This document shows, piece after piece, positions 57,429-64,000 of a stretch of DNA of 64,000 nt. The position numbers and the translations under genes are program-made. The stretch is from an uncultured Chloroflexia bacterium (GTDB lineage Bacteria > Chloroflexota > Anaerolineae > Anaerolineales > Villigracilaceae). Where the stretch lies: NCBI GenBank assembly GCA_963725805.1, contig CAVSAF010000023.1, positions 88,201 to 152,200 on the forward strand. The letters run 5' to 3'. Each line of letters starts with the position of its first letter. The first letter of the stretch is position 1. Below the pieces are notes generated by a model that searched no databases, was not told the DNA's origin, and saw only the letters and a program-made list of their open reading frames with translations.

Positions 57429-58285
57429 GACTGCTCCTTTTGGGCAACACCGGCCAGCTCGGTTGGGAATTACAGCGCACCTTGCAGCCACTTGGGGTTG
57501 TAGGCGCGTGCGATTACCCCGAGATTGATCTGGCAGATTCAGCCAGCATCCGGGAAACAGTACGTGGATGTCGCCCGGACGTGATTGTCAATGCCGCCGC
57601 TTATACCGCCGTGGATAAAGCCGAGAGTGAACCGGAACTCGCTGAAGCCATTAATAATTTCGGGCCGGGCCTGCTGGCAGAAGAAGCCCGTAATCTGAAT
57701 GCCATCCTTGTTCATTACTCTACTGACTATGTTTTCGATGGCGATAAAGGCATCCCCTATCAAGAGGCCGATCCTCCCCATCCAATCAATGTATATGGCG
57801 CGAGCAAACTGGCCGGGGAGCAGGCCATCCAATCAGTGGGCGGGGATTACCTGATATTTCGCACGGCCTGGGTCTACAGCCTTCGCCGGGACAGTTTCGT
57901 TTCAAAGGTATTGGGCTGGGCTCGAAATAACGAAACCCTGCGAATAGTGGATGATCAAGTCAGCAATCCCACCTGGGCGCGCATGCTGGCCGAGGTGACT
58001 GCACAGGTTCTAGCCCGGGGCATGGATTATATGCGGGAGCGGGCTGGTCTGTACCACCTGGCTGGAGATGGTTACACAAGCAGATACGCCTGGGCAAAAG
58101 AAATTCTCAGCCTTGATCCCAAAAAGCAGGAGCACAAAATGATACAATTGCTTCCCGCAAAGAGCGCTGATTTTCCCACCCCGGCGCAACGCCCACTTTT
58201 CTCGGCTTTGGAATGTGGAAAGTTCACCGCCTCATTTGGATTATGTTTGCCTGCATGGGCAAAGGCGCTCAGTTTGGCTATGTAA
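57425..58285 (+). CDS. rmlD: dTDP-4-dehydrorhamnose reductase
   Basis: [13 protein letters not shown]...[12 protein letters not shown]...STDYVFDG...YGASKLAGE...RTAWVY. Confidence 0.88.
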   Translation: MRLLLLGNTGQLGWELQRTLQPLGVVGACDYPEIDLADSASIRETVRGCRPDVIVNAAAYTAVDKAESEPELAEAINNFGPGLLAEEARNLNAILVHYSTDYVFDGDKGIPYQEADPPHPINVYGASKLAGEQAIQSVGGDYLIFRTAWVYSLRRDSFVSKVLGWARNNETLRIVDDQVSNPTWARMLAEVTAQVLARGMDYMRERAGLYHLAGDGYTSRYAWAKEILSLDPKKQEHKMIQLLPAKSADFPTPAQRPLFSALECGKFTASFGLCLPAWAKALSLAM

Positions 58286-58465
58286 TAAACTTGATTCTGC
58301 AATATCGAACAGAATTATGCTCTCTTAGTTAATGGTTTGTTTACAGAGCTTGTTAAAGAGATTTGCAGAGCCCAGGTGATTATTGAAGCCATTCGATATT
58401 GTGGAAATAAAAGAATCTGAACTTGCGGCTTGGCATTCTCTGGTCGCAAATAGAGATTATGTAAT

Positions 58466-61400
58466 ATGAATAATAAACATAAAACGCTGGCACAACTATA
58501 TTCAGAACATAAGGGTAAAGTATCTGACAAGTGGACACGTTACTTCTCGGAGTATGATACCCTTTTTGAGGAATTTCGTGACAGATCTGTTCGAATGCTG
58601 GAAATTGGTGTTCAAAATGGTGGAGGATTGGAGATCTGGGCACGTTATTTTAGGAATGGGTTGAAATTTATCGGCTGCGACATCGATCCAAACTGTGCCG
58701 CTCTTCGTTTTGATGATCCGCGCATCGAATTGGTGATAGGGGATGCCAACGACGATTCAACTCAAAAAGAGATTCTGTCTCACAGCCCGGAGTTGGACAT
58801 AGTGATCGATGATGGGTCACACTGGTCGGGCGATATAGTCCGTTCCTTTCTGAGATACTTTTCCAATTTGGTGGATGGCGGTGTGTATGTGGTGGAAGAT
58901 CTGCACACCAGTTACTGGAAGGAATATGAGGGAGGCCTGTTTGACCCATTTTCCTCCATCACTTTCTTCAAGCGACTGATAGATATTGTTAACTCCGAGC
59001 ATTGGGGGGTTGAGCGACCGCCTGCAGACATTTTGGCGGGCTTCCAGGAAAAGTATGGCGTGAGAGTCACTGCAGAAATATTGCAGCATATACACTCCAT
59101 TAAATTTACCAACTCGTTGTGTGTCATCATGAAATCCCGGTCGTCCGATAATAAACTGGGGAGGCGTTTTGTTGTTGGCGATGTTGCGGCTGTTAAATCC
59201 GATTTGAAGCAATATGATGAGAGTTTCATTGTGCCTTTGCCGCAAAATCAAAATCCCTGGTCCGTGCGAATTCGTCCGCCTGATGAAGAACTTCCCGAGC
59301 GCGAGCAGGAGGTGATGGCGCTGACAGAACAAATGGAAGCGAAAGAACAGGCTCTCCAGGCCATGGCAGAACAGGTGACGGAAAAGGAGCGGTCCATGCA
59401 GGGGCTCTCAGCGCAGCTGGCAGAGAAGGAGCAGGCCGTTCACATGCTCTCAGCGCAGCTGGCAGAGATTAATAATAGCAGGGCATGGAAGATCGCGTTA
59501 TTGTTACGCCGAATCCGCATCTTGTTTGCTCCTCCCAATAGCCGTCGCGCAAGGGTGTTACGGCGAATGATCAATGCGATATTTTCCCCATTTATCAAAA
59601 TCAGAAGAAACCTGAAATCCAAAAGAGAATCCGCCTTAATCAAGTCATCAGGTTTATTTGATGAAACATGGTATTTAGCCCAAAATCCTGACGTCGCCCT
59701 GGCAAAGGAGAATCCACTTCTTCATTATCTTCACAATGGTGGTTTCGAAGGTCGCGACCCCAGCCCAGGTTTTTCCAGCCAGAGATATCTGGACAATAAT
59801 CCGGATGTGCGGGCCGCAGGAATCAACCCGCTGGTGCATTACTTACGATTTGGTAAGAAAGAAGAACGATCGCCATTTCGCGACCAGATAATAAACACCC
59901 ATTTACAGAACAAAACCTCTGAAGAGAGCAAATTTTCACATTCTTTGCGGATGTTTCGAAGATATTTACTGCAACAACATCCACGTTTTTTTCATTTTTT
60001 GCGTAACATAATACCTCCTGCGATCCGTCTGAAAATTACTAAATATTTGGTTGGCGATGAGGACAATACCATTAGAGCACCATTATCTCGTGGAAGCTCT
60101 AAATTGTTGGAGAACCCCTTGGTACATGAAGAAAACGTTAAGGAATATGAAACTCTGTTACGAAGGATTCAAGAGATTTCCCAACTGAATACGAAAGAGG
60201 TTTCTATTAAAGCTCCCAGGCTAATCTCGTTGAGAGAGGACCACTTAGCTCTGATGCAAGCTGCTCAAACCATCAAATTACCATCAAGCCAGACGCCGAA
60301 AGTATCTGTCGTGATCCCGGTTCATAATAACGCGAAGCTTTTATTGGAGTGTTTAAGCTCCCTGCAAAATGACGTAACATTGAATGATTTTGAAATTTGT
60401 GTGGTGGACGATTCTTCTGATGGTGAGAATCGGGAAATTATTGAAAACATAACCGGAATCAAGCAGGTTCACAATCAAGAACGCATAGGTTTTGGGCGTT
60501 CATGTAATATCGGTGCTCAAATATCCGAAGGAGAGTTTCTCCTATTCTTAAATGACGATGCACAAATGATGGAAGGTGCAATCAATTCCTTGTTGCACAC
60601 CTTTGAAACACATTCAGAGACAGGAGCTGCGGGACCGAAGATGTTATATCCGTCCGGCCTTCTACAGGAAGCCGGCTGCGCAATAAATATCGATGGGACG
60701 GTCACCATGATCGGGCATGGGGATGATCCGGTATTGCAACGATACAATTACTTGCGAGAAGTAGATTATGTCTCGGGTGTTTGCTTAATGGTGAGGAAGG
60801 ATCATTTTAATGCAGTGGGGGGTTTTGAGGAGGCTTACACCCCTGCATATTATGAAGACGTCGATTTGTGCTTGAAATTACGGGAAAAGGGACTAAAGAT
60901 CTTTTATAACCCCGACTCCGTTGTCGTGCATCATCTAAGTGCTACTACTTCTGGATTATACGGTCAAAAAACCAAATTGGACCTTGTGGCTCGTAATCGA
61001 CAGAAGCTGCTGGAACGCTGGCAACCAAAAATTGATGAACTGAATCAAATACGATTGATTGCATTTTACTTGCCCCAGTTTCATCCCATCCCAGAAAATG
61101 ATATATGGTGGGGGAAAGGGTTTACTGAGTGGCAAAATGTTGTTAGTGCTCATCCTTTTTTTGGTGGACATTATCAACCTCACTTGCCAGCAGATTTGGG
61201 TTTCTATGATTTGCGGGTACCCGAGGTCATGGAACAACAGGCAGAGTTGGCGAAACGGTATGGTATTTATGGGTTTTGTTACCATTATTACTGGTTTAAT
61301 GGTAAACGCCTTTTAGAGATGCCCTTGGAGAGAATGCTTGAGACCGGACGTCCCGATTTCCCCTTTTGCTTATGCTGGGCCAATGAGAATTGGTCGCGCA

Positions 61401-62110
61401 AGTGGGATGGCGGCGAGAAAGACATCTTGATTGCGCAAAAGCATTCTGATGAAGATGATTTGTCCGTTATCCTGGATTTGATCAGGTATTTTAAGCATCC
61501 CAATTATATAAGGGTGGATGGGAAACCCATGTTTTTGGTGTATCAGGTTAATTTATTCCCTGACTTTAAAAGGACAGCCCGGATTTGGCGCGAAGAGTGC
61601 CGTAGACAACGAATTGGTGAAATCCATTTGGTGATGGCTGAGACTTTTTCGCTGTCGTTGGAGCAATCAGATCCCAAAGAGTTTGGTATGGATGCGGCAG
61701 TACAATTTCCTCCCCATGGATATTGGGAGCCCATAGGCCCTGCAAATATGGCCTCTGACTTTAGAGGCCAAGTATTGGATTATAAAAACACAGCATTACA
61801 TTTCATCAAGAAAAAATTTCCGGGTTTTGTTTATTACCAGACTGTAATGCCATCCTGGGATAATACCGCGCGAATGAAAAACAGGGCTGTTATTTTTGCC
61901 AACTCCTCGCCAGGAACTTACCAGGCCTGGCTGGAGGAAGCCATTCGGAATACGCGCGAACAATATTCAGGTGATCATCGTATCGTCTTTATTAATGCCT
62001 GGAATGAGTGGGCGGAAGGAAATCACCTTGAACCAGACCAGCGTTATGGACACGATTTTTTGCAGGCAACGCGTAATGCTGTGGAATATTGGTTGATAGG
62101 AACAGGATAA
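58466..62110 (+). CDS. Multidomain SAM-methyltransferase / coiled coil / NPDV-repeat / GT2 / WbsX-like protein; candidate chain-terminating and chain-extending enzyme (WsaE/WbdD-like logic)
   Basis: aa 1-225: CmcI-type MTase (MLEIGVQNGGGLEIW...GCDIDP...VIDDGSH...VVEDL). aa ~275-340: heptad-rich EQMEAKEQALQAMAEQVTEKERSMQGLSAQLAEKEQAVHMLSAQLAE. aa 398-470: two ~37-aa YLxxNPDV...NPLxHYL repeats. aa 612-835: GT2 (VSVVIPVHNN...VVDDSSDG...FLNDD). aa 862-1214: WbsX-type (IAFYLPQFHPIPENDIWWGKGFTEWQNV). Confidence 0.7.
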   Translation: MNNKHKTLAQLYSEHKGKVSDKWTRYFSEYDTLFEEFRDRSVRMLEIGVQNGGGLEIWARYFRNGLKFIGCDIDPNCAALRFDDPRIELVIGDANDDSTQKEILSHSPELDIVIDDGSHWSGDIVRSFLRYFSNLVDGGVYVVEDLHTSYWKEYEGGLFDPFSSITFFKRLIDIVNSEHWGVERPPADILAGFQEKYGVRVTAEILQHIHSIKFTNSLCVIMKSRSSDNKLGRRFVVGDVAAVKSDLKQYDESFIVPLPQNQNPWSVRIRPPDEELPEREQEVMALTEQMEAKEQALQAMAEQVTEKERSMQGLSAQLAEKEQAVHMLSAQLAEINNSRAWKIALLLRRIRILFAPPNSRRARVLRRMINAIFSPFIKIRRNLKSKRESALIKSSGLFDETWYLAQNPDVALAKENPLLHYLHNGGFEGRDPSPGFSSQRYLDNNPDVRAAGINPLVHYLRFGKKEERSPFRDQIINTHLQNKTSEESKFSHSLRMFRRYLLQQHPRFFHFLRNIIPPAIRLKITKYLVGDEDNTIRAPLSRGSSKLLENPLVHEENVKEYETLLRRIQEISQLNTKEVSIKAPRLISLREDHLALMQAAQTIKLPSSQTPKVSVVIPVHNNAKLLLECLSSLQNDVTLNDFEICVVDDSSDGENREIIENITGIKQVHNQERIGFGRSCNIGAQISEGEFLLFLNDDAQMMEGAINSLLHTFETHSETGAAGPKMLYPSGLLQEAGCAINIDGTVTMIGHGDDPVLQRYNYLREVDYVSGVCLMVRKDHFNAVGGFEEAYTPAYYEDVDLCLKLREKGLKIFYNPDSVVVHHLSATTSGLYGQKTKLDLVARNRQKLLERWQPKIDELNQIRLIAFYLPQFHPIPENDIWWGKGFTEWQNVVSAHPFFGGHYQPHLPADLGFYDLRVPEVMEQQAELAKRYGIYGFCYHYYWFNGKRLLEMPLERMLETGRPDFPFCLCWANENWSRKWDGGEKDILIAQKHSDEDDLSVILDLIRYFKHPNYIRVDGKPMFLVYQVNLFPDFKRTARIWREECRRQRIGEIHLVMAETFSLSLEQSDPKEFGMDAAVQFPPHGYWEPIGPANMASDFRGQVLDYKNTALHFIKKKFPGFVYYQTVMPSWDNTARMKNRAVIFANSSPGTYQAWLEEAIRNTREQYSGDHRIVFINAWNEWAEGNHLEPDQRYGHDFLQATRNAVEYWLIGTG
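59404..59468 (+). repeat. Perfect 23-bp direct repeat (gctctcagcgcagctggcagaga) at 59404..59426 and 59446..59468, offset 42 bp
   Basis: Read directly from the sequence. It encodes LSAQLAE twice, 14 codons (two heptads) apart, inside the coiled-coil segment. Confidence 0.9.
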
Positions 62111-62120
62111 TCAAAAGAAA

Positions 62121-63263
62121 ATGACAACCAATTCCTTGGACAATCCCGTGATTGTTGGCAAGCCTTTTGCACCCACGGGAAGAGGTGTTACAGCTCTGAG
62201 CCATTTTAGGGCTCTTCGCCAGGCGGGTGTTTCGACCTCGGTCTGTGACGTGGGTTCAAGACAGGAGATAAATCAGCCCAGGCCTGGCATTGCAAATGAG
62301 CTGGGAAAATTTCTTATAAACAAACCCGGCCGTTCGATCAATATTTATCATTTAAATGCGGATGAGATAGAGCACGCACAGGCAGTATTGAAGCATTCTT
62401 TGCCGGACGGCGCCTACAATATAATCTACCCATTCTGGGAGTTAAGTAAGTATCCCCAAAAGTATCTGGATTCCTTGGCGGTTTTTGATGAAGTCTGGGC
62501 ACCGTCGAAGTTTATTGAAGATGCCCTCCGTGATGGAATCTCCAAACCGATCTATCACATGCCCTTGCCAGTGGAAATCAGCCTATCCTCTTTTCTCGGG
62601 AGAAGTTATTTTGGCATCCCGGATAGCTCATATGTCCTCCTTTTTTTCTTCGATTTCCGATCCTATCTTGAACGGAAGAATCCGCAGGCCCTGCTTCAGG
62701 TTGTTGAGAAAGTTTTATCCTCACGGCCGTACGGAGATATTCGCATAGTTCTTAAAGTGCATGGTATCGACGTCTCTCCAAAAACAGCCGGCGATTATAG
62801 GGATTTCCTTGATCAAATCCGCGAGAGAAATATTAAGGATCGGGTGATTGTTCTAGAGAAAGTTTATTCAGATAATGAAATGAGAAATTTGGTCCGTTGC
62901 TGCGATTGTTTTGTTTCTCTTCATCGCTCTGAAGGCTTTGGGCTCGGCATGGCCGAGGCGATGTACCTGGGGAAACCCGTCGTTGCAACCGCATATTCTG
63001 GTAACATGGATTTTATGAACGAAAACATATCCTGTCTGGTTGATTATAGACTTATTCCAGTTGAGGAAGGACAATATCCATTTCCGGATGGACAGGTTTG
63101 GGCGGACCCGGATCTGGATCAGGCTGCATATTTCGTACAGAAGCTTTTCGATGACCGTAATTATGGGAGAGAGATTGGTCAACTCGCTAGTCGCCATATC
63201 CGTACCAATTTCAGTTATTTATCGATGGGTTTACGCTATAAATGGCGGCTTGACCAGTTATAA
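62121..63263 (+). CDS. GT-B glycosyltransferase, family 1/GT4-like
   Basis: ...CFVSLHRSEGFGLGMAEAMYLGKPVVATAYSGNMDFM is the GT4 E-x7-E region. Confidence 0.7.
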   Translation: MTTNSLDNPVIVGKPFAPTGRGVTALSHFRALRQAGVSTSVCDVGSRQEINQPRPGIANELGKFLINKPGRSINIYHLNADEIEHAQAVLKHSLPDGAYNIIYPFWELSKYPQKYLDSLAVFDEVWAPSKFIEDALRDGISKPIYHMPLPVEISLSSFLGRSYFGIPDSSYVLLFFFDFRSYLERKNPQALLQVVEKVLSSRPYGDIRIVLKVHGIDVSPKTAGDYRDFLDQIRERNIKDRVIVLEKVYSDNEMRNLVRCCDCFVSLHRSEGFGLGMAEAMYLGKPVVATAYSGNMDFMNENISCLVDYRLIPVEEGQYPFPDGQVWADPDLDQAAYFVQKLFDDRNYGREIGQLASRHIRTNFSYLSMGLRYKWRLDQL

Positions 63264-63358
63264 TTTGCTATGCTTAACAATTGCTTTCATCATCATGTTA
63301 GGAAACTTTATTGCCACAATCGGTATCCCGAAAGAGTAACGGCAAAATCCTGCAAGGT

Positions 63359-63378
63359 AAATAATCGAGAGATTATTT
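63359..63378. repeat. 8-4-8 perfect inverted repeat AAATAATC-GAGA-GATTATTT in a 272-bp AT-rich intergenic region
   Basis: Read directly: 63359..63366 and 63371..63378 are reverse complements. Confidence 0.8.
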
Positions 63379-63535
63379 CAGGAGTCTTGCAAAGTGCAGT
63401 AATTTATGCTCAACAATTAAAATTAGCCCCTGGATTTCGGGGAAAATAAAGGGCATATCTGCATCAACACTGGAATGATTCTTATCCAAAAGTAAGCGTA
63501 TTATTTAGGTCATAAAGCCAAGGATCTTTCGTTTT

Positions 63536-64000
63536 ATGTTAAAAAATAAGTCATCTTTCTTATTATCAAATATTGGTTCATTTTTATTTCTTTTCTTGTT
63601 TATTGCTTTGGCATTATGCCTGGTTTTTTCAAAAGGTGTGTGTTGTGCTGACGATGCTTATTATGCAATGACTGCCAAGAACCTTGCCAATGGATTAGGG
63701 TATGCTAATTCTTTACCGCAAGATCAAGCTCGGTTTACCCTGCAACCATTTGATGCTTGGTCCGGAGTAGGCCCTACAATTATCCTTCCGGCTGCTCTTT
63801 TTATAAAGGTTTTTGGCAATACCTATTGGGCACCAGGTTTGGCGAGTGTTTTTCTTTGGTCTTTGTTGCTCGTTCTTATAGGATTTTACATAAGAAAAAA
63901 AGAGCATGGGTTTGGATTTATCTTTTTCACTTTATCTTTTTTATTTCTCAGTTATTCTTTAATGACATGGCATTTTGAGCAGTGGTATGCACTGCTTGGT
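63536..64000 (+). CDS. GT-C (ArnT/GT39-83-like) membrane glycosyltransferase, 3'-truncated by the window edge
   Basis: Not in the ORF track because no stop is reached. My translation from ATG 63536 is MLKNKSSFLLSNIGSFLFLFLFIALALCLVFSKGVCCADDAYYAMTAKNLANGLGYANS...PTIILPAALFIKVFGNTYWAPGLASVFLWSLLLVLIGFY. The DDAYY loop after TM1 is the ArnT/PMT-type catalytic-loop signature. Confidence 0.55.
   Translation, partial: MLKNKSSFLLSNIGSFLFLFLFIALALCLVFSKGVCCADDAYYAMTAKNLANGLGYANSLPQDQARFTLQPFDAWSGVGPTIILPAALFIKVFGNTYWAPGLASVFLWSLLLVLIGFYIRKKEHGFGFIFFTLSFLFLSYSLMTWHFEQWYALLG

Noticed and set aside
58293-58316. Hairpin attctg-N10-cagaat after rmlD
   Set aside because: It has only a 6-bp AT-rich stem, a 10-nt loop and no following T tract. 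That is too weak to call a terminator.

Overview
The window is one nearly uninterrupted glycan-biosynthesis supercluster of about 52 genes. All sit on the plus strand except 1500..2732. I saw no rRNA, tRNA, CRISPR array, transposase or integrase. Contents: (i) twelve polytopic, GT-C-like membrane proteins, three of them in paralogue pairs, plus one GtrB/DPM1-like polyprenyl-phosphate sugar synthase. (ii) Two Wzm/Wzt ABC exporter pairs, only one of which has a Wzt C-terminal glycan-binding domain. (iii) L-sugar nucleotide genes: rmlCBAD, fcl and a clear GDP-mannose 3,5-epimerase homologue. (iv) An unusual ulosonic/nonulosonic-acid block. It has three NeuB-like synthases (two lack SAF; one is a NeuB-SAF-TIM-barrel fusion) and three NeuA-like cytidylyltransferases (one fused to a KdsC-like HAD phosphatase). 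It also has isomerase/oxidoreductase genes, two to three KpsC/KpsS-like candidate transferases and one CstII/Maf-like (GNGPSL) candidate transferase. (v) Two LtaS/sulfatase-type membrane transferases, a pyruvyl transferase, methyl- and acetyltransferases, and several GT2/GT4 enzymes. (vi) A 1214-aa methyltransferase / coiled-coil / GT2 / WbsX protein that resembles WsaE/WbdD-type chain terminators. Three genes (33.2, 41.4 and 51.2 kb) are broken by +1 frame disruptions. Base composition is mosaic: hand-counted lines give about 57% GC in the backbone and about 38-40% in 45.1-46.6 kb, 24.7-25.8 kb and 58.3-64 kb. The gene content suggests a monoderm or Chloroflexota-like organism, but this is a weak inference only. 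All functional calls come from motif recognition by eye; no database search was run.
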